A stretch of 63,331 nucleotides of DNA, filler included, from Guillardia theta CCMP2712 (taxonomy: Eukaryota; Protista; Cryptophyta), in the NCBI RefSeq assembly GCF_000315625.1. It is 3 parts of 3 records of this genome, joined end to end, with 100 filler letters (N's around TTAATTAATTAA, not from the genome) between each part and the next. Parts side by side here need not be neighbours in the genome. Positions count along the whole stretch, not along the records: positions 1 to 26,827 come from NW_005434497.1; positions 26,928 to 38,796 come from NW_005434293.1; 1 more part is not named here. One strand, written 5' to 3'. The position numbers and the translations under genes were made by a program. The notes beneath the pieces were generated by a model. The model ran no database searches. It worked only from the letters and a program-made list of their open reading frames with translations, and had not been told where the DNA came from. Within the stretch, counting starts at the first letter, position 1; the number at the start of each line of letters is the position of its first letter. Below are positions 13,648 through 26,929 of the stretch, in pieces.

Positions 13648-14371
13648 ATGGACATGAAGATGAAGACGGGAGGCAAGCATCCCAAGGGCTACAACGGACT
13701 GAAATTCCTTGATAGAGGGACGTCCAAGTGAGTTCTCGAGACTAGCAAAAGCTGCTCCTCTTGCTCCTCTTGCTCCTCTTGCTCCTCTTGCTCCTCCTGG
13801 TCCTCCTGCTCCTTCTCCCCCATCTCCCTCTCTCCCTGCCTGCCTGCCTGCCTGCCTGCCTGTCTCCTCGCGTCGCAAGGCTCTCCCGTCTGACGGCTGC
13901 ATCCAGGTTCAAGTCGCAGAAGAAGCTCCTGCAGAAGAAGAAGGAGACGGAGATCGAGAAGAAAAAGAGAGCCCTCAAGAAAATGCTCGAGCAAGTCCCG
14001 GAGCCCCTTGGTGGGGAACTTGTAGAGAAAGACTGCTCCAACCTGTCCTCCTCCTCCTCCTCCTACCTCCTACCTCTACCTCTACCTCTACCTCTACCTC
14101 TTCCTCTTCCTCTACACCTCTACACCTCTACACCTCTACACCTCTGCTCCTTTATGCATTTATTGTAGAATGAGACAGTGCTTTGTCAGACACTGATTGC
14201 TGTGCCAGTGAATGTCGAAGACGCTGAAAAGGAGCAAAACAAACTTGAAATGGATCGGGACGATTCAGATGAGATGTCAGACGAAGAGGTTGATTCCGGT
14301 GAGCCGATAAGTGTGCATGTCTAGTTGAACCCTTCTTGTACTTGGTTATGGAACGAGGATGAGCAGTAGTA

Positions 14372-14422
<51 letters not shown>

Positions 14423-15417
14423 GAGGGAGGAGCAGGAGGAGGAGGAGAATGATGGTTTGTTGTACAGGGGCTATCATGTTTCGTGACCCGGTTAGAAGAT
14501 TCATGAATAATTCTCACCAATTGCCGTTCCCCCTCTCCCTTTCTCCTTCACCCTCCTCCTCCCCTCTCCTCCTCCCTCGTCCTCGTCCTCCCCACTCGCC
14601 CTTCCCCCTTCCTCCTCCTCCTTGCTCTTCCTCCTCCCTCTCCTGCATTCTCCTCTCTCTCCCTTCCTGCTAGCAATTTTCCCATCCTGCATGCCTCTGA
14701 CCCCAATGCAGGCGGTGCAAAGAGAGTGGAGCCCCAGTGGCCAGGCGGCAACAGGCAAGGAGGAGGGAGAGGGGGATGGGAGGACGGGCAGGAGGACGAG
14801 GAGGAGGAGGAGGAGAGTTTGACACGTCACAGGTGGGGAGGACGGGGGGAAGCAGAAGAAACCGAAGGGAAAAGAGTTCCAGATCGGAAAGATGGAAGTC
14901 CCAGACTGGGACGAGGAGGAGGAGGAGGAGGAGGAGGAGGAGGAGGAGGAGGAGGAGGAGGAGAGTGAAGAGGAGGAGAAGAAAACAAAGCCAGTAAAAT
15001 CCAAGAAGGGTAAGGAAGGGAATCAGCAGGGGAAGCAAGCGGGACAGGAGCACAAGGGCGGGGCGAGTAAGGGAGCGCTGGAAGTTATCGCGTCAAAGGC
15101 CGCAGCACAGAAGGAGAAGGAGAGGAAGGTAATGTGGAGGAAGACGAGGACGGGGACAAGGACGGGGAAAGCGAGGAGGGAGAAGAAGGGAGAAAGAGGA
15201 GGGGGAGGGAAGGAGGAAGCAGGAGGGAGGAGGAGAAGGGGGGGGAGAAGAGGCAGTGGACATCTGAAAGGTGTGACGAGCAGGAGAGGGAAGAAGAGAA
15301 GAAGAAGAGGGAAGAAGCCATTCAGGCCCGCAACAACTACTTCAAGAAGAGGTTCTATCCTCCCCCTGCTCCTGCTCCGTCTCCTCCTCCTGCTCCTCCT
15401 GCTCCTGCTCTTGCTCT

Positions 15418-15448
<31 letters not shown>

Positions 15449-15897
15449 CCTTTTTCCCATCCTCGTCTCTCCTTCCTCGAGCCAAGTGTCATGATCTCTA
15501 CAGGAAGCAAGACAAGAAGGAACACATGAAGAAGACGGCACGAGGACAGCCTGTGCTGAAAACCATGATCAACGGTGCCTCTTCCCTCCCCCCCTCGCTG
15601 CTCGCCTGCCACACCCTCCCCTCCTCTTCCCTTCCCTTCTCCCTTCCTTTCCCCTCTACCCCACCCCCCCCCCCCAACTCTTGCCCCTCCCTCCCCTCGA
15701 GCAACCAACCACCTCCTCCTCCTCCCCCCCCCCTTTTTCCACCTCCTCCCTTCTCTCCTTTGTTATCTCCGTCCCACCCTTCCCACCGTCCCCTTCGTTC
15801 GTACTCCCTTCCTCTCCCCTTCCTCTTCCCTTATCTTTCCTCTTTCTCCTCCCTCATGGTCTTTGCAGGAATCCTCGGCAAGCTACAGAAAGAATAG
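13648..15897 (+). CDS. rRNA-processing Fyv7/TAP26 (CCDC59)-like protein, multi-exon
   Basis: Lys/Glu-rich exons. The C-terminus EREEEKKKREEAIQARNNYFKK..MKKTARGQPVLKTMINGILGKLQKE* matches the family KTxxGQPxMxxxxxxLLxKI motif. The 5' exons (13648-14040) are only tentatively assigned to this gene. Confidence 0.65.
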
Positions 15898-16014
15898 TCG
15901 ACAAGTCAACGAAAGGGGCAAGCAGTAAATTCAACATCCTTTACTCTACATGCGTGATGCACCTTGAATTTTTCCTCCCAGCTCCCAGCTCCCAGCTCCC
16001 TGCTCCCGTTTTCT

Positions 16015-18263
16015 TCATCCTCTCCTGTCACATCCGAGGGTTCCGGGGGGACACCCACTCCTGACAAGAGGGAAGTTATTAGTCCACGTCTCCTCCTCCC
16101 CCTGCCCGACAACCCGATAGCTCCTTGGGGCTCCTCGCGACCTTCCCGCCGCTGGCCCTGCGTCAAGAGCATGAGGAGGCAGAGCAACACGACAAGAGGC
16201 GAGTGAGCAGGTCAGACCGGGGAAGCGACTCCCGTCCTCCATCCTCTGGAGCTCATCGTCAGTCGCGCCGCGCACAGGGTGACAACCCTCACCTCCTCCG
16301 CAGCTCCTTCATACGGGCGGTACGGGTAGGGGCGCATCGGCGGGCCGGCATCCTGCCATGCTGTCCCGCCACATGTCAGTGGCTCCTCCACTTCCTCGTT
16401 CCTCCTCCTCCCCATCCTCTTCCTCCTCCTCCTTCCTGTTCCTGTTCCTGTTCCTGTTCCTGTTCCTGTTCCTGTTCCTGTTCCTCCGCCTCCCTCTCAC
16501 CCTCCTCCTGCACCTTGCTTCTGCTCCTTCCTCACCCCCCCCCCCTACTCCCCTCCTCCCTCTTTCCCCCTCTGCCCCCCATGCCGTCCCCTGCTGCCCC
16601 TCCCCCTCCCTCCATTAACACACCGGGAGCGTCGAAATTTGAGGAACGTCCGTATCGAGACGGCTCTGGCCACCTTTCCCTGCAAACGAGTCAGGGGAAG
16701 CGAGAAAGTAGAACAGTAACACATGTAGAGGAAAGTCAGAAGGAGGAGGTCGGGAGGAGGAGAGGAGGGTGGGTGAGAGAGGACAAGGGGAAGGGAAAGG
16801 GAGGGAGTCAACAGAAAAGAAGGATGAACAGGAGGGAAGAGGAGGGAAGGAAAGAGTCGTCGACGAAGGAAAGAGGAGGGAAGGAGGAGGGAAGGAGGAG
16901 GGAGGAGGAAGCAAATCACCATCGCTGCTCTCTCGGCCCGTCATACTGGAAACCTCTCTGCCTGTGCGAGTGGTAGGGAGGATAAGGTCGGGGCTCCTTC
17001 CGGATCGCCGGGTGCGGCCCGTTGGCGTACGGGGGGGGAGGCTCTTGGGGGGCATACATAGACCTCGGCCTTCCGTTCCAGTGTCCTTCTGTACCCCGAC
17101 GAGCAAATCTCTCCGCCCTCCTCACCTTCATCACCAGACAGTCAGCTCGGGAGGAGGTGGGAGAGAGCAGGGAAGACCTCCCGATTCCGCATCATTCGCA
17201 TCAGGTACGCCGAGGGATTGCCTCGCACCTGTAGCCGAAGTGTCAGCAGCGCCGCGGAACATGGAGCGATTGAATATGGAGGTTGACAGCACTGCTGGGA
17301 AGATGCAGCAAACGAGCATGTGGAATGTGATGCTCCCCACTGCCGAACGAGCAAGGATGAATCTAGAGCACTGCATCTAGAGCGCTGACTGAAGGACCAT
17401 TGATTCCTGCGCTTCGATGGTTGCATGTAATCGTGAAATGTGTAGGATGTAGGCATGGGAAGTAGAGGGTGAAAGCTTGCAACGGTGAAGAAACAAGTCG
17501 CATACTTGTTCAGGCGCAATCCGCAGGAATTTCTCAATCACTCCGACGACAGTGTAGGGGTTTCCTTCTTTCAGTCGGCACAAGCACTCGTCATCAATGT
17601 CGCCCTGGCAGCATTCACTGTCCGTGAACCTTGACAGTCAGAACAATGGAGTGCTCACCTCTTTGAAGAGTCCGCAAGACAACAATTCTTCATGCATCGT
17701 TTCAGCAAACACCACAACACAACCATCAACACAAGGTCACCGGAGATCGCTCTTTCCCGCCTAGGATAAATCTGCATGCGCGAGCTTCGCACCCCCCCAG
17801 CAGGAGGAGGCAGGTTTCTGTCTTCGCCCTGGTACGCTGGTGCCTCGACCCTAGTGTTCAAGTTGATGTCTTTGTTCTGCATGGTAACGTCGCGGTCCAG
17901 GTAGTCTGGTTCTTCTCCCGGCGCCTCCGCCTGACCTCGTGGAGGAGGGTACCTCTCCGGTGCTTGAGGTATCTCATCAGGGAGACCCTGTGAGCCTCCT
18001 CGAAGGAACAGTCGCCCGTTCCATCCTCCACCTCCGAGGCCCAACAAAGGTTTACCGAGGGCTGGAGCTCGCCCAGCGGGCCCGGACCTTGATGCCGCTG
18101 ATCTTGCCAGGGTAGACGAGGCTGCAGGCAGCAGCTTAGCGTCTGAGTGCCATGGCTGCGACAGAGATGAGACAGCTCGAGCCGTCGACGGGAGATTGGT
18201 TATCAGAGCACAGCACAGTACAAGCTGCAGTTGTACTATCCTTCTCATGCTCTCGTTCATCAT
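16015..18263 (-). CDS. Signal-peptide protein with an LRGG motif, an hnRNP-Q/R acidic domain and a Pro/Arg/Tyr-rich tail
   Basis: Spliced: RAISELLSCGLFKE|GDIDDECLCRLKEGNPYTVVGVIEKFLRIAPEQ|VRGNPSAYLMRMMR, which resembles the hnRNP_Q_AcD fold (DLDERAIEALKE...QFK...NKSAFLCGVMK). N-terminus MRRIVQLQLVLCCALITNL...RLFLRGG. The 3' end is approximate. Confidence 0.65.
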
Positions 18264-18959
18264 CGTGAATCGGTTCTTCTCTCGTGCCGGCCCTCGTTCC
18301 TTCCTCGCCGGCGATCTAATTGACTGTTCTGCTGCTATGTATCCGGACCAATCTCCCCGATCTACCTCCACATGGAATCTTCAGCTGCGGAGATACTCAA
18401 CCTCAGTCAAACAGCCTGCAGTATCCCCGATGCCCCATGTTGAGTTTCCGATTGTCCATAACAGACTCACGTCTTCCCCTTCGGATGCTCTCGTGCCCTC
18501 GTCTCTCGATCCGTGTCCTCCAACGCAAGATGCTCCCTCGCTCTACAAGGAACACCTGTACCTCCACCTGAGATGACGAGTTACGCTGAGCTCCACGAGC
18601 CTCTCACCAACGACAGAGGGATTTCACATGCAACTATCAAGTACAGTAAACGAGCAACAAGGAAAATGGATGCCATACTGAAAAGCAATCCTTGCCTCGA
18701 ACCCCTATATTGCTACTCATCGATCGCCCTGCCTGACAGCCTTCCAAATTCTCTTTCAATTGCTCTGTGCATTCCTTTGGATGTCCCATTCCTCCCCACA
18801 CACCACCTCCAACACCTCGTGTAAGTAACTATCCTCTGTCCCCCTTCAGTGGATCACTACCAACATCTAAACCCCTTTCTCTTCCCTGTCCACCTTCGCA
18901 CTCTACTTGCCCTCTTCCTCGTTCCACTCTCCCCATTAACCCCGTTGCTGGAAATGATG

Positions 18960-18998
18960 CTGCTTCTCCTGCCCCTGCTCCTCATGTTCCAACTCCTG

Positions 18999-19035
<37 letters not shown>

Positions 19036-19063
19036 CCCTCTTCCTCCGGCTCCAGCTCCGGCT

Positions 19064-19159
<96 letters not shown>

Positions 19160-19480
19160 CCTGGTCCTGGTCCTGGTCCTGGTCCTGGTCCTACTCCTAC
19201 TCCTGATCGTGCTCCTCCTGCTCCTGATCCTACTCCTCCTGATCGTGCTCCTCCTGCTCCTCGTGCTCGTGATCCTGATCCCGCTCCTGATCCTCCTGCT
19301 CCTGCTCCCGCTCCCGCTCCTGCTCCTCCTGATCGTGCTCCTCCTGCTACCCCTCCTGCTCATCCTGATCCTACTGCTACTCCTGATCGTGCTCCTCCCG
19401 CTCCCGCTCCTGCTCGTGCTCCTGCTCCTGCTCGTGCTCCTGCTCCTGCTCGTGCTCCTGATCCTCCTGCTCCTGATCAT
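18960..19480. repeat. Degenerate (CCTGCT)n hexamer microsatellite
   Basis: Direct reading. It accounts for the spurious PAPAPA, poly-Leu and RSRS ORFs. Confidence 0.9.
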
Positions 19481-21091
19481 GCTCTTCCCTCCCCCCCCCC
19501 CATCTTCCCCTCGCCATCTTCCATCCTGCTCTCATTTCCACAGCCTCTTCCTCTTCCTCTCAAATGCATCCCGTCGATCCCTCATACCTCCCGCACTTGT
19601 TTTCCACCCACCCCTGGTCATAGGTACCCACCCCTGGTCAATATCAGAAAGTTCAAATTGGAGTACCCCTCCCAGTCGACTTCATGCCCTGAAAGGGACA
19701 CCCTACCTACTCAAAGAGACTATCTGTTAACTCATATTGACCCGTACTTGAGAAGGGAATTTCGTGACCTGACTACCCCTACCCTGTATCAAAAATGTCC
19801 CACCCTTGGAATTCAGCAAAACACCCTCAGCTTTGGGGTTCAAATTTTGGCTTCATGACTTGGGGTACTTGGCTGGATTAATTTCAAGTATTTGTTTATA
19901 AAATTGTTAAATTTACAAAATTTCGGTGAAATATTCAAACATTTTCATAGAATAGTTGTTTGGGAATAACCCCTCTCAAAATTTCTAATGAAGAGGTGGA
20001 CCACCTCCCATCCTCATCAGGGAAATTTCCATGGGTGGGTACTCAATATGGTAGGTAGGGTAATTAAAGTACCCTACATTACAAGGCAAATATGCAGATA
20101 ATATCAGGGGTATATTTGAGGAACCCTACAGGAGATTTACAAAGTCAGAGGGTGGGTGTAAACTTTTGAGGGTGGTGAACAGGGGGTGGTTTACGAGAAG
20201 AAATGCTGGCCGCAGTGGAAGTCGGAAGGATAGCGAGGGCTGGGGAGAGCGACAGCGAGGAATGCAGAAGGCGGGACCATGAAGTGAACGCGAGAAGACG
20301 AGGGAGGGAGTGGAGGGAGGGAGTGGAGCTCAAGGCGGAAGGGATCAAGGGAAGGGGGGATGCATGGAACGCCGTGCAGTCAGTCGATAGGGACAGTGGG
20401 GATTAGCGAGGAGAGGAGGGAGGGACAGAGAGGAGGGGAGGGAGATGAGCGTCGGAATCAGTATCTGTAGAGTTCGGTGCTGGTCGGTAGCAGGGAATCG
20501 TGATCCTCGTCCTCAGGCGAGTTGAAGGATAGGCAGAAACGAGTCGAACATGATTCGTGTGCTGTGAGTATTGAGGACTTGAGAAAGATTTATTCTGTCA
20601 GCATACAACATCACGAGTTAAAACAGTTCAACTTCGTTGTAATTGAGATGATACCAAAGTATGTGTCGGCATTCATGTAGACATGTAGCCCCAGATTTGA
20701 GATGACAAGGACGAGAGCTTGATTTGAGAAAGTCCTGCGAATCGTCTTCGAGGCAAGTCACTAACGATCATGATGCAGGAGCAGGAGCAGGTGGAGGAAA
20801 AGAGCACATCAAGTCAGGGGGTCCTGATCTTTGTGAGTTGTCTTGGTCCTTGTTGGCTGTGCTGATAGAATGATCAGGTGCGAGGTGGATGAATATGAAG
20901 AATTCCTCCTAGGGTCTGCGAAAGGATCAGGGCCTTTGATGCAATGTATGACTGCCGAACCACCGCAATCTCGTCTGCTGACCGTTGAAGCAGCTCTTTC
21001 TGGTTGGGCACGCAGTTAGCTTTGATATCAACCTCTCTGCGCTACAGAGTTGTGGGAATCGAATACACTCAGCTCGGATTTGATTTGAAAC

Positions 21092-23336
21092 ATGGCGTCT
21101 GCCGCCATCGCCGCGGCTGCTAAGAAGAGGGCGGAAAAGCTCGGGATCAGAAACGAGGAGGTGGATGAGACTAATGTTGGGAAAGGCCCGGTAGGACTCG
21201 ACGATCGCCTCTTGCTGCCTTGCTCCCCGCTTCCTCCTGCTGACCTCCTCCTGCTGTCCTGTTCCTCTCCTCTTGCTGTCCTCACACTGTCCTGCTCCCT
21301 CGCTCCCTCCTCTCTCATGTTGGTCCGCTCGCAGGAGACTGAGCTAGCGCATCCCTTCTTCTCCAAGCTGAAGGAGACGCCCGGCAAGGGGGCACAGCTT
21401 TCGCCAAGGTCTAGGAGATTGGCGGAGCTGCAGGCCAAAGAACAGAAGGAAAACTCCCCTCCTCCCGAACAGAACAAAGCGGCTCCAGCTCCTCCTCCAG
21501 CTCCAGCTCCTCCTCCAGCTCCCGCAGCAGTTCCTCCACCACCACCACCCGCAGCAGCAGCTCCACCTGCTGCTAAGAGTGTAAGTCACCGAAAGCCTGG
21601 ACCCTTCAAGCTGTGATTTACATCTCCAGGTGGATCTGACGGCTGCTTACTCGGATGCAGCGGTAGAGACACTGTATGACGTGGCGGCGAATGGTTCCCA
21701 GCAACAGCAGAACGTGAGGCAAACTTATCGCTGGAGCTGTTTCTCAATCTATGGCACAGGACGCGCTCGCAGTCATCAAGCGATGGACCAACAACCCTGA
21801 CACTCGGTTCGAGATGGCCGGGAATCCTACGATTTTTTCATTGTTGGCGGATATTGCTGTGGGCCCGCATCAGAAGGTACTGCAAGTAACCTCTATTCTT
21901 CTGCCTGCCTTGATGGATCAATCTACAGGAAAGAGAGGCGGCTGTTTCTCAGGTCACGCTCCCGGCTGTGCTGCTGCCAGGCCCATGACATGTATGGCAG
22001 CTGCAAAGCATCTGCGAAGACGATTCGGTCCACAAACACCTCCTCTCTACTGGTGCCGCCTTTGGGCCACTGCAGGTCAGTGAAAACCTTGATTGAAGAG
22101 CCGTGATTGGTCAATCTAATTTCATCGTCTTTCCAGGCGATGATGTCATCTGACGATGTTTCTGCGCAAATCGCCGGATCTGCCCTGTTTGCGAGCATAT
22201 GCGAGCGAGGTGCTTGTTGAACGTGTGCGTGACGTGCACTGATGGAGACTCGATGAGCAGATATGCCAGGTGAAGACTCGGTGAATTCAGAAAACCTACA
22301 TCAAGTGTATTCCAGCATCCTGTCTGTGACTTCCACGCTCTGAGCTTGTCTCACTGTGGTGTTGCCCAGCACTCCTTCGTCAACCTCTGCCGCCCACCTG
22401 GACCCCAGCTTGGCCATCGAGGTAGACGTGACAACTGCACTTGAATCCCAACGCCCAACCTGCTGCAGGATCCTGCCGAGGTCATGGCGAAGGTGATAGC
22501 GGCCCAAGAGAATGCGGTGAGACATTCATGGCGAGAGGCTGGGAGACGGTCCGGCGGATGCTGACGTCATCCTTGAAGGATCCGAATGTTTCTGCCAACG
22601 TCGATCCAAGTCAAGTCAAGATGGACATTGACATGGAGGACGAGGTAGCCGGGAGAGCACGGGGACGGGGTCGCTGAGGGATGTCTTGCTCAGGCTCCTG
22701 CTAGTGGTCCCGCCATGCTTAACGGGATGAAAGCTTCCATGGGGAACGAGGAACGAGCTGGTGAGCTTCCATGTCCTCCTGCCCCGCCTGCTGCTGAGTT
22801 GGTCAACACAGCTCCCGCTCCTCCTCCTCCCGCTCCACCCGCTCCTCCCCCTGCTCCTGTCCTCCCACCCGCTCCTGCACCCCCGAAGCCGCCTGCAGCT
22901 CCTTCACCTCCTCCTGCCTCGTCTCCTACGGTTCCTCCCGCTGTACCGTCGCCTGCTGGCCCATCAGGAACGCCAGCGCCGCCTGCATGGGATCGACCGA
23001 CGAAGTCAGACGGGGCTGAGAACAGGTCCCCCAACGTGGCGCGGGATCAATCAAGATACTCGTCGCCAAGTAGCACGAGCAAGGGACCAGCGGCGTCAAG
23101 GTAAGGGCGATGAGATCGGGGGGAAGAGGAGGAGATGTCGGTCACGAGTGCCGGCAGAGCGATTCTATGAGAGAGCAGGGAGGGAGGGATGGCAAGGGAT
23201 GAGGAAACGAGGGGAAAGTGGTTGGTGGAGGAGCAGGAGGGGGATGGGACCTAGAATACTCCCTGACGGATTCGGCAGTCAAACTGCGCCGCCCAAACAA
23301 GAATCGAATGCCTGCTGCTCCTGCCTGGTCATGTAA
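21092..23336 (+). CDS. Hypothetical multi-exon protein with two proline-rich blocks flanking a helical (ARM-like) region
   Basis: Exons MASAAIAAAAKKRAEKLG.., DALAVIKRWTNNPDTRFEMAGNPTIFSLLADIA, AMMSSDDVSAQIAGSALFASIC and poly-Pro segments, with canonical short introns. Confidence 0.6.
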
Positions 23337-24390
23337 GTCTAGACACGTTAATCGGCGATTAGAACTCCCCCGAACCAACTGCGCCTGCCCCCCGGCATGC
23401 AGGCAACACTGCGCGGCGCTCCCAGCATGAGCGCGGCGACTCGTTACGCACTCTCTTTCAAACTAATGAACCATGACTCAACTGGTCTGAAACGCTATTA
23501 CACACGGGCAGGGGTGCGGGGCCCGGCAGAAATCATTTACTTAGTAATTCAATAGCATCGAATCATGCGGGGTTGCGGGCCAGGGGGCTCAGGGCCCCGG
23601 CGCCGGGTGTGTTCACCGGTTTGCGCTCTGCGGGAGAGCTGAACTCAACCTCACTGGCAGCTGAGCCTCCACGCCGACGGTCGACCTAGACTTGTAGCCG
23701 TGGCTCCGACAGTGGATCGCCCCCCGCCCGGCACAGTAAAGGCTGACCAACTTTCATCGCTACTGGCCCTAGACGGTTCTGTCCGCTGAATCACTTTGTC
23801 GGAGGCTACACAGCCTCGGACTCTTTAAGCCTGGCCCAGTGGCGCTTCCGACTCGGACTCTGAGTCACGGTCGGGGTTTAGTATTCAGAGCATCCAAGTC
23901 ACGGTGCCACCGCCCCGGCCCTAGTTGCTAGCTCACTGCCGCGCCCCACTGAGACAGACGATGGGGCGCGGGCCGGCGGGCCGGGCGGCCGGGCCGCGCT
24001 GCCGCTGTGCACTGCGGCAGGCTGCCGTCCGGGCCCGGCGGCCGCGGCGCCCGGCCGGGATAGTCACTGAAGAAAAATAACTTTAGAGTCGTCGGAGAAC
24101 AAAGGCGGGTCGAGCTGGACGATGGAGATGATAGAGGAGGGAGGAGGGAGGAGGGAGGAGGGAGGAGGGAGGAGGGAGGAGGGGCACAGAAGCATGATGA
24201 GGAGAGGAGGATGAGGATGAGGATGAGGATGAGGGCGAAGGTCAGATTGAGGGAGGAGGAAGCGGACGTGGATCGGAGGTCGTCGTGTTTGAAGTTAGCC
24301 CTCCCTCCCAACGTTTCACCATGACGAGCATGGTGAGCATACTTCCTTCACAAGTCTTCTGAGATCCTTGGTGCTCCATCACCAGCCTTC

Positions 24391-26237
24391 ATGGCGCAAA
24401 TGATACGCTTCCCTCTCTTCCTTCTCGTCCTCCTCCGTGACATTTCTGCAACCCCCCAGCAAGAGCATGTCTGGGAAATCCAACCCGATGCCTGGTATGA
24501 GAGGATGATGGTTCCTGTGGATGAGAGGGCAGAAGCGATTCAGCTCGCCATGCTGTCGGGCTCGTGCTCCCATCCCCCTGCGCCTGTAGACATCGATGTT
24601 CCCGTGCTCGTCCTCAACCTGAGGGAGCGGAAGGATCGTAGGCTACACACTCGCTGCCTTCTGCGATCCCTGGGGTTCTCGAACATCCGATTCCTCGATG
24701 CCATGGCTGCCGACGACGTCGAGCGGGAGAGGCCGGAGGAGGTGCGCCATTTCTTCGATAGCGACGGCAAGGTCGGGCACGTTAGAGGATGCGGCAAGTT
24801 TTCGCGCGGGTGCCTGGCATGCATCGTGAGCCACAGGAGGGCGTTGAGCATCGGCATGGCGAGCGGCTGGGAGAGGTTCCTGGTGGTGGAGGACGACCTG
24901 ATGATCGGAATGTCGTTGACAAGAGCCAGGAAGTCAGTCCAAGACGCGATCAGAGACCTCCCTTCCTCTGCCGACCTTCTCTACCTGGAAGCTTGCTTCG
25001 AGAACTGCCGGAACCTGCTGTACAGCAACCTGAGCAGCATCGCAAGGGCACACCAGCCCCTCTGCACCGGAGCCATCCTGTACAGCAGGGCGGGAGCAGA
25101 CAAGGTGCTGCGAGACAGCAACAGTGCGTTCGCTTCTATGGATACCATGCTGAAGCAGCTCATAGACGAGGAAGGGACCCTGGAGGGCTACATCGCGACT
25201 CCTCCTGTCCTCTACCAAGACTTCTACTTCGGCTCCGACCTCGGCTCCAACTACCAACGCGTCTTCAACCGCGCAATTGTCAACACCACCCACCGGCCAG
25301 ACGCTGCCGTCTGCTCCGACCTCTTCGGGTACACTGAGATGTCGGTGGTTCAATGGCACCCCAGCAGTGAAGCCCTGGATGGCCTGTTGCTGAGGAGGAG
25401 CCTGTCCATGGAGGATCAAGCTTGTTCTTCAACCCTCAGTCCCTCCTCTCCTCCTCCTCCTCCTCCTCCTTCACGTACCTGATCCTCTCGGACCCGCTGG
25501 TCCCCACTACCAGCAGGCTCGGGCCCTGCCGCAGGCTCATGTACTACACGCAGCAGCGAGGGGTGGAGGAGAAGGACTACAGCAAGCTCGTGGGCGTCTG
25601 GCCGTCTGGCCTGCTCGGGCATCACGCTGTGCTGCTGGTGCTCGATGGGGAGGGAGCTTGCAGTGACCTCAGCAGCACTCACTTCTGCAGCCTCCAAGTT
25701 GAGCTGTACGACGACAAGGAGGAGATCGTCGAAGTCCACCATGTCGACGTGCTGCCCACCATGTTTGCTCCCGCCACTCGCCGCCATGGCTCCTGCTTCC
25801 TCCTCCTCAGCAGGGAGCCTCTTGACATCTCCTTCCTCGCGCGAGCGGATCGGCCGCTAGCTGCCGTCCAGCTCACGACCCACCAGCGGTCGGAGGACCC
25901 CAACGTGCTGTTCCTGCCCGGGAGGACGAGGAGGCAGTGCTGGGCTGAGCTGGTGGAGAAGATGGTTCAAACCTTCATACTCCCCCTCGTTACTTTCTCC
26001 TACCTCGTCTTTGTCGACCTGGGCTCGGTACAGGACGAGCTGCCCCGAGAGCTGCTGGAGTGGTACGAGAAAGTTCTTGTCCATGACCTCCCCGACCTCC
26101 CCGACCTTGTCCTTGCATCCTCTGCGCCTGCTGGCACCATCGGCAAGTCCTTCACTTCGACCTCCGGCCTCGTCGCTGTCAGTGAGCGATTCATGGCGTT
26201 GCTGCTGGACACTTTTGAGAATCCATCATGTAACTGA
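24391..26237 (+). CDS. Glycosyltransferase family 25 with a signal peptide and a C-terminal extension
   Basis: GT25 motifs VLVLNLRERKDRR, RFLDAM, GCLACIVSHRRAL and FLVVEDD. A short intron at ~25368-25414 (GTGAAG...GGAG) joins ORF 24391-25482 in frame with ORF 25422-26237. Confidence 0.8.
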
Positions 26238-26929
26238 CTCCTTCTCATCCTACTCCTCCTCTTCTCCTCCTCTCCTTTCTACTCTTCTTCTCCTTTCCTC
26301 TCCTTTCCTCTCCTTTCCTCTCCTTTCCTCCTCTTTCTACTCCTCCTCTTCTCCTCTCACTTCACTTCTACTTGTCCTCTTCTCCTACCTCCTCCTTGGT
26401 TTTCTCATGCCTCTCTCCTGCTCCTCCTGCTTCTCTGTCTTCCACCTCTTCCCCCTTCTTCACATGTCCTCCTGCATCCTGCTCTTGCTCCTACTCCTGC
26501 TCCTACTCCTGCTCCTGCTCCTGCTCCTCCTGCTCCTGCTTCACCACCACCACCTCCTCCTCCTTCACCTCCTGCTCCTGCTCCTCCTGCTCCTGTTCCT
26601 GCTCCTGCTCCTACTACTACTACTGCTTCCCCCCGGTCAGCTTTTCCTCCCACTAGCTCTCTCTCTCTCTCTTTCTCTCTCTCTTCCCCTCCTGCTCTTC
26701 TTGTGATCTTCACCTTTCCAGCGTCTCCATGGGGCATTCAGATCGCCGTCGACGTCGCCCAATGTACGCCCCCTTCCTCTCTTATCCTAGTATCTGACTA
26801 GAAACATTCCGTCCCCCCCCCCTCCCTNNNNNNNNNNNNNNNNNNNNNNNNNNNNNNNNNNNNNNNNNNNNTTAATTAATTAANNNNNNNNNNNNNNNNN
26901 NNNNNNNNNNNNNNNNNNNNNNNNNNNCA

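Noticed and set aside
18767-19858. Long ORFs (PAPAPA, poly-Leu, RS-repeat)
   Set aside because: These are products of a stop-free hexamer microsatellite open in several frames on both strands.
25416-25482. Apparent frameshift or pseudogene in GT25
   Set aside because: A short GT-AG intron just upstream restores the frame.
26872-26883. TTAATTAATTAA inside an N-run (also at 38841-38852)
   Set aside because: An artificial all-frame-stop scaffold linker, not biological sequence.
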